Shown piece by piece: positions 39,452-50,259 of a stretch of 64,000 nucleotides of DNA; positions within the stretch are counted from its first letter, which is position 1; every line of letters begins with the position of its first letter. Both the position numbers and the translations under genes were made by a program. The DNA comes from Octopus sinensis (Eukaryota). The stretch lies in the NCBI RefSeq assembly GCF_006345805.1, contig NC_042998.1:146320001-146384000 (forward strand), in the 5' to 3' direction. The notes beneath the pieces were generated by a model that saw only the letters and a list, made by a program, of their open reading frames with translations, was not told the DNA's origin and searched no databases.

Positions 39452-39932
39452 TATAAGTAGATGCAACACACGCACTGTGTTGCAGTGTAGCATCTGTATG
39501 AGGATCAACAACGAAAGAGCGATTTTCAAGGCTTCAGTACAAATATTTATATCTTGATTTTCTTTGTATCTATTGACCTCTTACTGAAGTTAACAACGGA
39601 GAGAGACTGTGTATGAAGGTACACTCTCAATTGTGGTTGATGACAATGTTTGGCACCTATTAAAAAAGGGGAATCCATCGCCAAACCATTACTATATCCG
39701 AAAAAAGTTATGCTCTTTGTGTGGAAGTATATCGTCTCTGATGAAGTGTTAAACAAACGACACTGTTAAAGTGGAGAAATATTGTCGTTCGTTGAAAGCA
39801 TTGCACGAAAATTTGCAGAAAAAACGTCCACCATCGGTCAATTGTACTGAAGCCTTGAAAATCGCTCTTTCGTTGTTGATCCTCATACAGATGCTACACT
39901 ACAACACAGTGCGTGTGTTACATCTACTTATA
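39452..39932. mobile_element. Fold-back element: 91-bp inverted arms enclosing a mariner DDE-domain fragment
   Basis: Arms 39452-39542 and 39842-39932 with 2 mismatches; spacer encodes KPLLYPKKVML..KYCRSLKALHENLQKKRP. Confidence 0.75.
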
Positions 39933-40531
39933 ATGCAAGACCACTTATTGCCTATAATCTCAAGATTGACACTAATCTGACTATCATTTTTGCAGATCAT
40001 TGCAACATTATTTAGCGGAAAAACAGTTTTTTAATTGTGAAAAGTTAAAAATGATATTGAGTATTTCTTTGTTTTGAAACCTGAAGAAATTCACACCGAA
40101 GGGCGTAATTTACCAAATAGATTGAACTATGTTATAAATAATGAGGAAAACTATTGTTTCATTCCCATCATGAAATGCAACAGGACATTCCTTTTAATGT
40201 AATATATTTTTAATTTCTACAAGGAGTGGAGTAAAAACCTGTAAATGTAAGAATACAGCCTTTATTTTATTTATTTTTATTTTCTTTTGTTTTTATTTTT
40301 TAATTCTCCTTCTTTTATTTGAAAGATCTCAAACGGAGAACGTGGAGCCTCCTAGCATTTAACGCCCGCTCGACAAGCCGAATTAGTCGGAACTTATAAC
40401 TGGCTCTAGAAGTAGTTCACACAAGTACACATATCTCTTTCGTAGTGACAATACACAAACGGACACGCACATACATACTTACATACGTACATACGTACAT
40501 ACATACATACATACATACATACATACATACA

Positions 40532-40564
<33 letters not shown>

Positions 40565-41339
40565 GCATGTATGTACTTATGTATCGTGACTGTGTGGTAA
40601 GAGGTTTACTTTTCAACCATATAGGTCCAGTTTCAGTTTGATGGGCCGGACCTTGGGTAACTAAATAACCTCGGTCAACCGAAGCTTTCCCGTCGTATAT
40701 TATACATGTGTGTATATATATCTATGTGTGTTTGTCTATGTGTTTGTATTTTCTCCTCATCACCACTAGACAACCGGTGTTGGATTGTTTATGTCCCTGT
40801 AACGTAACGGTTTGGCAATGGGTGACAATAAAATAAATAACAGGCTTAGAAACAAAAATAGCACTGAGGCCGATTTGTTCCATGAAATTCTTCAAGATAG
40901 TGCCCCAGCATGACCGCAGTTTAATGACTGAAACAAGTAAAGGGTAAAAGATGTGTGTGTGTGTGTGTGTGTGTGTCTGTGTATGTCTGTGTGTGTGTGT
41001 GTGTGTGCGTATGTATGTATGTATTATGTATGTATGTATGTATGTATGTATGTATGTATGTATGTATGTATGTATGTATGTATGTATTTTTATATGAAAT
41101 AAGGTTTGTAGTTGACATCGTTAAAGTTCCTTCAAGGAAATACTTGAAATCAAAATTGCTTATGGCATTCTTCCTCTCCACTTGAATATTTCGATTCTGA
41201 TTGGCTGTTTGCTTGTTTGCTTCTGACTTTATATTATTCAAGAAACACTTAACTAGTATTCATCATAATATTATTATTGTTATCTTTACCAAAACATCAA
41301 ACTGAAACTTAAAAAAAAAAAAAGAAAATAAAAGAAATC

Positions 41340-41620
41340 ATTAGTCCGGCCAGTGGTGTCGTTTGGGTATGAAACATGTAACTTAAAGGTGATTGACACC
41401 AAAAGAATGAGGGTATTTGTGAGGATGTGTTACAGGCTGGCGCAGCGGATTGGTTCAGCGATCGATAGAACAAACAATTCAGTGTCTTGCTGGAAGACAC
41501 GGGACCGGTGACGATGGTTTGACGGCGAAAACTATAAAACTACAATATTTCGGCCACATTATCAGGGTTCTGAATCACCGCGTCCATATCCTTGCGGGAC
41601 TGGGTGAACGGAAAACGGGT
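41340..41620 (+). mobile_element. Decayed RTE-clade RT C-terminal fragment
   Basis: LVRPVVSFGYETCNLK..KRMRVFVRMCYR...KLQYFGHIIR. Confidence 0.7.
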
Positions 41621-42079
41621 TTGCAGACAGTGACGTAGCTAGAGTATGTACCAAACCGAGGCAACCTTTAAATTTGCCGTCCCCCGGTCCCTTATACAGG
41701 ATTATAGATCAAAACCAAAAGTATCGCCTGGCACGACCGCCATCACCCTTCACACAAACCACTTGACTACACTACATTAAAATACTACAATGACATCAGT
41801 TACAGAGCGAGGAGAACCCTATCAAAGTGTACGGCTGCAGTTTATGTGAGGAGTGCCGGTGGTGTCTAAATATACTCCGTCATTCGTCATTTTTGAACTA
41901 CAATCATTAGAAGAGAATTATTCTAATAACCATCTTAATTAATATACTAATTAATTTAGTAGTTAATTTATTTCTTCCATAGATCGCAGTTCCATGAAAC
42001 TCGAGTCACGAGATAAACTCCCAGCTGCAGTTTTTGAAAAATAAACCATCCATATCTATCTATTTAGCTAGCTATACAT

Positions 42080-42530
42080 CTATTTTATTCACTTGCTTCA
42101 AGCATTGAACTACGGTGATGCTGGGGTACCGAAGTTTGAGTCGAACGAATCAACCCCAATACTTATTATTTAAGTCTAGTTTTTATTTCGATCGCTCTCT
42201 ATTGCCGAACCGCAAGATTACGTAGACGTAAACAAACATCAGCTGACAAGCGGGAGTGAGGGACAAGCACAAGCACGAACACACAGACAGACAGACAGAC
42301 ACACACACACACATACATGCATGTATATATACACATAATACATATATGTGTGTATGTATATGTATACGACGGGCTTCTTGCAGTTTCCAACAACTAAAAC
42401 ACTCTTCACAAGCCTTTGATCGGCCTGGAGCTATATTAGAAGACAATTGCCGAAGGTTCACTCGGTGGGACTGAACCCGAAACCATGTTGTTGGGAAGCA
42501 AATTTCTTACCACATAGTCAGGCCAGCGCC
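42080..42530 (-). mobile_element. CORE-SINE family B
   Basis: Reverse complement of head, CORE segment, internal microsatellite and tail. Confidence 0.75.
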
Positions 42531-42744
42531 AATACGTGTAAATATTCAAAAGACGTTTTAATTAAAACTTTATTGCAAGTTTTATCCTTTTGTTACTTAT
42601 TCCTCATTTTGAAATAATTTGCACCCGACCAAAATACTGTCATATTTCATCCGTTGGGCGGGAACCCTATCTTCAGAAACAATGCTTTACACAAGTGATC
42701 TCAACCGGGGTCCATATAAGCTTTTGCTGTTAAAATTTATGTGC

Positions 42745-42912
42745 AGGCGTGGTTGTGTGGTAAGAAGCTTGCTTCCCAAACATATGGTTCCGTGTTCGGT
42801 CCCACTGCGTGGCATCTTGGGCAAGTGGCTTCTACTATAACCTCAGACCGACCAAAGCCTTGTGAGTGGATTTGGTAAACGGAAATTGAAAGAAGACCGT
42901 CTTTCGTTTACC

Positions 42913-42964
<52 letters not shown>

Positions 42965-43503
42965 ATATATTTGCCAACTAAATGTAGCGGTTCCATAGAG
43001 CACGATGTTACTGTTGTTTTTAGCCCCAGGAAGACATCTCCTCCAGCTGGCTAACAACACACTGACTGCGTCCAATTAGTATTTGCGAAGGGAGGTCATC
43101 GCTACCATCCTTAGCCTTACGTGATACACACAGACCCAGGTTTCTGAGTAGTTACCCGTCTTCAGTGTGTGATAATCACCAATTTTCTTTATTATGATTA
43201 TAAATATATTTTACATAGAAGGACAATACAGGTCGTTTCATACATATAGATGAGCTGAGTTTATAATTAAAAATTGGATGAATCATATATATAAATTAAA
43301 AATTAACACAAACACACTTTCACAAAAATGGCCGGAAATTCAGCGACCAAACCTCGCCCCCACCATGGGCGAAACTAAGCCGGGACAGTCACTCCCAACT
43401 TCCTCACGACATCCTTCCATCTTTTCTTCGCGACAGGTGTCTCCTCTCCAGCCCTATCTTGCTCTTCAGGTGGTACCTTATATATATGTATGTGTGTGTG
43501 TGT

Positions 43504-43595
<92 letters not shown>

Positions 43596-43815
43596 CGAGA
43601 GAGAGTATGGTTGTATCCTTGTGTCTGTTTGTCCCCTACTACCGCTTGACAACTGGTGTTGGTGTGTTTGCATTCCCGTAACTTAGCGGTTTGGCAAAAG
43701 TGACGGAAAGAATAACTTAGTAAAAAAACTAAGTCGATTCATTCGACTAAAAGTTCTTCAAGGCGGTGCCCCAGCATGGCAGCTGTGTAATGACTAAAAG
43801 AAATAAAAATAAAAG
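42745..43815 (+). mobile_element. CORE-SINE family B split by ~700 bp of nested sequence in its internal microsatellite
   Basis: 5' half 42745-42905, 3' half 43600-43815; nested DNA includes the hammerhead at 43121-43179. Confidence 0.7.
43121..43179 (-). ncRNA. Extended type I hammerhead ribozyme motif
   Basis: GTGAT TAT CACACA-CTGAAGA-C GGGT AACT ACTC A-GAA-ACC TG GGT-C-TGTGTG T ATCAC: 6+5-bp stem I with internal loop, canonical core, GUC site; C.A mismatch at 10.1-11.1. Confidence 0.7.
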
Positions 43816-44759
43816 ATACTTTAAATGGTCATGGGGTTCCTGTCGAGTAAAATAGGAATCACACGGGTCCATAGGTAAAAAAAATGGCTGAGAATCATTG
43901 CTCTACGAGGTTAATCTAACTGACCTGCGAATATAAAAAATATATCTCTCTTTCTTTAAATAGAAATATATATCTTACATATTTATAATAAGTCGGGATA
44001 GCCACTGTTGGAAAGCTTTCATGTATACATCTGTTCGATCAGAGTTCATCTGGGTTCTAACTAACACCATAAACAACTGCCAACAGAACCATTTTAGATA
44101 CGGTTCTATGCGTGGTGGGAAAACCTAGGTGAGCATTCACGGTCGCTGATTAAGTGCGTTTATGTGACTAAGTGTGTGTATGTGTGTGGGTGGGTGTGGG
44201 TGTGTCCGTGTGCGGGCGCGCGCGTGTACGTGCAAATATCTCAGTTATTTCCGACAATGCTCTAGTAGATAATTTAGGGTGGGTGAAGAAGCCGTCTGAG
44301 GTGGGAGCCAAAAGGGTGCTTGGTAAGCGAGCGGACTTCAGAAGACGTTCATTTTTATCAGCTTAAGGAGACAAAGGAATTATTAGGTCTGCTCATGTCG
44401 CCTCGGAATCACTCTTGCAAGACAAACGAAGTGATTTCAGACGGCCAGGCGTCTCAGTAATCTCGTGGACAAACAACATGGTACCGTTTTCATATGCGCG
44501 AATGGCAGATCGACGGGAAATTTTCTGTGTCGTTTTGACTGGCCCGGAAACACATTAATGTTTTGATGGGAAATATTTCATCTGTTAAATAAGTATGAAA
44601 CAAATAAATTTGATATATATTAGTGTGTGTGTGTGTGTTGTGTGTGTGTGTGTGTGTGTTTGTGTGTGTGTCTTTTGCCGAATCACTGTTATGAGGACGT
44701 GAACCAATACCGCATGCATGTCCAGCCACCACCGTTTGACAATTGATACTGGTTTACGC

Positions 44760-44822
<63 letters not shown>

Positions 44823-44856
44823 CACACACGTACGTACACATACATACATACATACA

Positions 44857-45207
44857 TTATGGCTGCCCCCTCGTTATCGAGTATGGCCATTGCACGAAGC
44901 TTAACTGTTACTAGTGCTGTGATCGAACGTGACTTTTTAGCCCAGCTAAAGATCTACAATGTCTTGTACAAAATTGGCAACTAAGACCTTTACTGGTAAT
45001 AGCCGGCTGTAGTTGTAACTGGGCTTCATGTACCTTTGCATGTCGTTTAAGTCCTCCTGCCGAATTACACTCTCTTCCACATGCCCGACAGATATGATTA
45101 GTATGGTGTGTTACACCACCACCAGTGGCTAGGTTGTCACTCTTCTGTCTCGTTTTATGACTACGAAGATGACTCATGAGTCCAGCTTTACTGAGGCAGG
45201 GTCTTGA
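44857..45207 (-). mobile_element. 3' end of an RTE/BovB-type LINE with three C2H2-like fingers, inserted in (TACA)n
   Basis: RPCLSKAGLMSHLRSH, CRACGRECNSAGGLKRHAKVH, CQFCTRHCRSLAGLKSHVRSQH, then a short 3' UTR ending GGGGGCAGCC-ATAATG(TATG)n. Confidence 0.7.
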
Positions 45208-45915
45208 CATACATACATACATACATACATACATACATACATACTACATACATACATACATCTACCAATTTCACTCACAAGGCTAAGGTGCTACGCAGTG
45301 GGACTGAACTCGAAAACGCATGGTTGCAGAGCGAGCTTCTTGCCCACACAGCTAGGTCTGCACCTTATTTTACTCACTGATTACGCGTTCTTAATTACAA
45401 GAGCCATCATAGGGTACATTTCCATCTACATGTGAGTACTTTCAAATGCTTAAGAGCATTTAATGGTCATGTCTAGCTTTTATTTCATGGTGTTAAGCGA
45501 AGGAGGGGTAAATCTTACCCGAGATAAGACGCTTGTCTATTGCGGGTAGAATCCCCAAGTGATTTGGTACCAATTTCCCGACAGCTAAGTGAATTGAGAT
45601 AATGTAGAAAAAAGGGGGTTGACCCAAATCAAAATGAAATGCCTACTTAGAATTTGTTTAAGGCATCTCAAAACCTTGACTAGATTTTAGTCAAGAGGGG
45701 AGGCGGTACTCATGACCCTTTACAAAGCTCCCACGTCTGGTGGAGGGAAGGTAATCTCAAACTAGAGTCCTGGTCTGAATGCATGCAAAAGAACGGACTC
45801 CATTACAGACATCCAAGTCACCAGATGCTGGTGTTAAACTTGGTGGCGAATTAAGTATATGACTCACATAGTGTATGGCAGGATTTTAACTCAGAACACA
45901 AAGCGCCGGAACAAA

Positions 45916-46015
45916 NNNNNNNNNNNNNNNNNNNNNNNNNNNNNNNNNNNNNNNNNNNNNNNNNNNNNNNNNNNNNNNNNNNNNNNNNNNNNNNNNNNNN
46001 NNNNNNNNNNNNNNN
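45916..46015. other. Assembly gap (100 N)
   Basis: Direct reading; contiguity across the gap is not guaranteed. Confidence 1.
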
Positions 46016-46220
46016 CCTGTGTTCCTTGCCTGTGAGGACCCTAGCAGATCCTCCTCTCCACCTTATTTCTTGCATACAACATACATCAACACGTCTCCGT
46101 TCAAGCATCTCGACTATCTCGCCAGACCTACCTTTCAATGTGCCAACGTTGAGGGTGCCCACCCTGAGAGTGTGGGAGGTGTGGGCCTCTGAGACCCTGG
46201 GATGAGGGGCCGCAGTGTTC
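46016..46220 (-). mobile_element. RTE LINE, N-terminus of the APE endonuclease
   Basis: [39 protein letters not shown]; truncated by the gap. Confidence 0.88.
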
Positions 46221-46224
46221 TATA

Positions 46225-46291
46225 TATATATATATATATGTGTATATATATATATATATATATGTGTATATTATATATATATATATATATA

Positions 46292-46383
<92 letters not shown>

Positions 46384-46688
46384 GTTGTATATATATATAT
46401 ATATGTGTGTGTGTATATATATATATGTGTAGTATTTATTATATATATATATATATATGTGTATGTATTTATATATATATATATATATATTATATATGTG
46501 TGTGTATGTATATATATATATGTGTATGTATATATATATATATGTGTGTATATATATATGTATATATATATATATGTTGTATGTATATATATATATATAT
46601 ATGTGTATATATAATATGTGTATATATATATATATGTGTATATATAATATATATGTGTATGTATATATATATATGTGTATATATAATA

Positions 46689-46736
<48 letters not shown>

Positions 46737-46740
46737 ATAT
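46225..46740. repeat. ~520-bp (TA)n/(TG) microsatellite
   Basis: Direct reading. Confidence 0.95.
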
Positions 46741-47693
46741 AAAATGTTGACAAGGGTAGGCAACTGGTAAAGTATCTGGTCATAAAAGCATAAATCCTGC
46801 CTCAATTTTTTCCTTCCTATCTAAACCATGCTAGCTTGGGTAAACATATTAAACAAAGCGATTTTAGGTTTGTTCCTTTTTTTAATAGCGGTGGCTAGAC
46901 TTGTGATGGTTTTTTCAAAAATTATTTCTGTAAAAAAATCTGTACTGAAGAATGGTTTATGAATTACATTGAAACTTCGATCCCTCTTGAGTTTATGGCT
47001 GAGTGAGACCTAATTTTTTTCTACTCTAGGCACAAGGCTCGAAATTTTTGGGGAGCAGGGCCAGTCAATTAAATCGACCCCCAGTATGCAACTGGTACTT
47101 ATTGACCCAGAAAGGTTTAAAGGCAAAGTCAACCTATACACTCCAAGTTCAACCTTTGAACTTGGAGTGTAAAGACAGATGAAATACAGCTAAGCATTTT
47201 GCTCGGTTTTAATGTTTCTGCCAGCTTGCTACTTTCAGTGAGACCTAATTAACATTCAAATAATGAATTATTTCAGATATTAACTAAATTTGTTAGTATT
47301 TGATATAACTAGCTGGCTCTGCTTGAATAGACTTTGTAATTTTTAAGGGTAACATATACATCCTGTATTCTCCATGTTATTACACTCTAGTCTAAGGAGA
47401 TAATCAACATGGCTCATATTGCAATGTTTGTGTTGGTTGCAATAGCAATCTAGGAAGGTTACATCTTGTTACTCAATGTCAACAGGTTTTCAGATTTTTT
47501 CTTTGAAGTTGACACCAATTCCACATCCAGAGCAGTTACCACCAACTACTCTGTTTTTAAAAGTACCAGATCTGATTTCACCAGCAATGTTCGCAACAAC
47601 TACCAATTAGTCATTCTGACAGCAGTTCTCAGCCAGATAATATAGAATTATATTATTATTCAGTTATAGTTTGGTTAAGTCACATTAACTTAC

Positions 47694-47798
47694 CTTGTAA
47701 TCCATGGATGCTAAAGACATTCCAGTTTGGAATTTGCCAACACTGGATCTTTGTTTTATTAGGTCATCTTCAAAGTCATCTGGAATTTTTGGTTGTAA
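47694..47798 (-). CDS. Internal coding exon (LQPKIPDDFEDDLIKQRSSVGKFQTGMSLASMDYK), unidentified gene
   Basis: Acceptor CCATCTCTTAG, donor AAG|GTAAGT, 105 nt, open only in phase 0; non-repetitive; lies in the CpG-depleted domain. Confidence 0.6.
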
Positions 47799-48260
47799 CT
47801 AAGAGATGGTGGCTGATAAAGAGCATTTTAAACATGACCTTCAGTCTCATCACCATTTTTACATTTGCTTTCCAGGCTGGCATGTGACAAGTTATCTGAG
47901 TTATCGGGAGCCATTACTCCAAGAAACAAATCTACATCTCTTTTCCTCATATTTCCTCCTTCATACACTATCCTGCCACTTACATTATGACATTTGAACC
48001 TCAAGGGTATGTTCTGGCATTTGCCACACTCTATATCTCTCTCCCTTTACTCAGCCATCCCATTTATACTCTGATCCCTGCCTCTTGTGAGTATGCCTGG
48101 CACATTGCCACCATCTCTATCTGGTCTCCCACTCTCCCTTTCCTGCACTTCCCTCAGGGTAGGTAACCATGTATCTCCTTTGTGACAGCACACTTGTTTC
48201 TGTCTTCATTCCTGATCTTTCTCTCTTTGGCTGGGTATCCTTGTACCTCCTCTATAGCAA

Positions 48261-48295
<35 letters not shown>

Positions 48296-48299
48296 ATAA

Positions 48300-48730
48300 C
48301 CTTTCATCATCTGACACAAGATCATCACCAATACCCATTCCTGTCTCAAAAGAGTTATTATTTTTTTTGTCTTGCATGGGTAACAGGTTGCAACGCAGAT
48401 GGAAGATTTGCATAAACAATGTTTTTTCCACACTTTGAATTGTGTCCCTGTACCTTACATGAGCAAAAGTAGCAATCATCACTATGATATTTTAGGCTCT
48501 TTCCATACTGGAATCTCAAAATAGACTTCTTTGTTCATTTTGTCCATTGTTTTAATTCTTCAGCACAAATTGAGCAGGCCTTATGAGGAGCTCACTTATA
48601 CTGGTCTCCCTAATTTCATACCAAAGTAGGCATAGTAAGATGCTTTAACAAATTTGGTAATGTTTCTTAGTCATAAACCCACCATAAATGTAACAAAAGT
48701 TATCCAGGCTTGCTGCACACCTAGAAGATA
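48300..48730 (-). mobile_element. Decayed DNA-transposase N-terminus, Chapaev-3/CMC-like
   Basis: CAASLDNFCYIYG..FVKASYYAYFGMKLG..APHKACSIC..HSDDCYFC..YANLPSA; family name from memory. Confidence 0.7.
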
Positions 48731-49109
48731 CCCTTGGTTCAAATGATGTGGAGTTCTGTAAGGGAAGAGGATATTTTTAACAGCATATATTTGATTTACC
48801 ATCTTAATGTATACACATTATCATTAAAGAAACACTGAAATGTTACATGATGCAATAAAACAATGTGTGTAGCATACGTACATTGAAAAAAGGCATAAGG
48901 AAATAACAAATAAAAAAAGATGCATTTTAACCTAAGCAATGTGACCTTGTGAGGGGTGTCTTTCTCTCCTCTCTGCATGTGGGTGACTGAAGCTATAACA
49001 ATGCAGGCACCTCTCTGGGTAGTTGAAGCAATCTAAACACTGTTAGATGCTGATTTTTCAAAATTATGTGTATTATACTGTTACAGTTTAAATTTCAGCA
49101 AATCGTCGT

Positions 49110-49430
49110 CATTGTCATCATTTAACATTTGTTTTCCATGCTGGCATGGGTTGGATAGTTTGACAGGAGCTGACCAGCTGAAGAGCTGCTCTGACTCCAT
49201 TTGTCTGTTTTGGCATTGTTTCTATGGCTAGATTCCTTTCATAATGCCAACCATTTTACAAAATGTGCTAGGTGCTTTTATGTGGCACTGGCATGTACAC
49301 TTTTATGTGGCATCAGCATGGGTGCTCTTATGTGGCACCAGCATAAGTGCTTTTATGTGGCACCAACATGGGCACTTTTATATGGTATTACCATGGGTGT
49401 TTGTATGTGGCACTGACACAGGGGCTTAAG
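49110..49430 (-). mobile_element. RTE 3' UTR copy with a ~24-bp minisatellite
   Basis: CCATGCTGGCATGGGTTGGA terminus; GGTGCTTTTATGTGGCACCAGCAT-like unit about 6 times at 49270-49420. Confidence 0.75.
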
Positions 49431-49873
49431 TGTTTCACTTATCATCCACTGCAATCATTATCTGGAAGAATATAACTCCAAATACTGTTCCCTTAGCCAT
49501 TCTTTCTTCCTCACTCCCTAACAAGTTATTGCTACCCTAAAACCCACAAGACATGTATAAACTTGGCCATCCACGTCCTTATTATTAAGGACTTTCTAAA
49601 GGCTACAAGCTGGCAGAATCATAACATCATCAGAGAAACTGCTTGGCAGCATTTCTTCCATCTCTTTACATTCTGAATTCAAATACAGCCAAAGTCAACT
49701 TTGCATTTCATCCTTTCAAGGCTGATAAAATAAAGTACTGGTGAAGTACTGGGGTTGATGTAATTAACAACTGCTAGCCTTTTGCCAAAATTTGAAACAA
49801 TTATTAAGGACTATGTAAGGCTCCCTTTGGTCGTAGCTTTTTCACTCGGAAAATTTTTCTCTAAGATACAAAC

Positions 49874-49904
49874 CTGGGCAGGGATTTTGTGTCACTGATG
49901 ATGT
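49874..49904 (-). CDS. Candidate 31-nt coding exon (IISDTKSLP or TSSVTQNPCP)
   Basis: Strong acceptor TCTTACTTTCTTTCAG, donor CAG|GTTTGT. Confidence 0.35.
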
Positions 49905-50259
49905 CTGAAAGAAAGTAAGACTCATACAGCATGGTTGATAAGGCATCAGTGCTCCACCAAATCCACTACCCTGATTCAGTACTTTTTTTTATTTACCCTG
50001 AATGGATGAAAGGCAAAATTAACCTTAGTGAGATTTGAGCTCAGAGCACTGTAAGTTGGGATCTGTCAATTTGGTACCAGGTATGGCTATGTGGTCAAGG
50101 GGTTTGCCTCCTAACTACATGGTTTCAGGTTCAGTCCTTTTGCATGGCACCTTGGTCAAATGTCTTCTATTATAGTCCCAGGCTGATCAAAGCCTTGTAA
50201 GGGGATTTCATAAATGGAAACTGTGTGGAAGTCTGTTACATATGTATGTGTTTCATCAT

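Noticed and set aside
48700-48760. Strong minus-strand acceptor CTCTTCCCTTACAG as a host exon
   Set aside because: Downstream frame is the Chapaev-like transposase remnant and phases do not fit the neighbouring candidate exons
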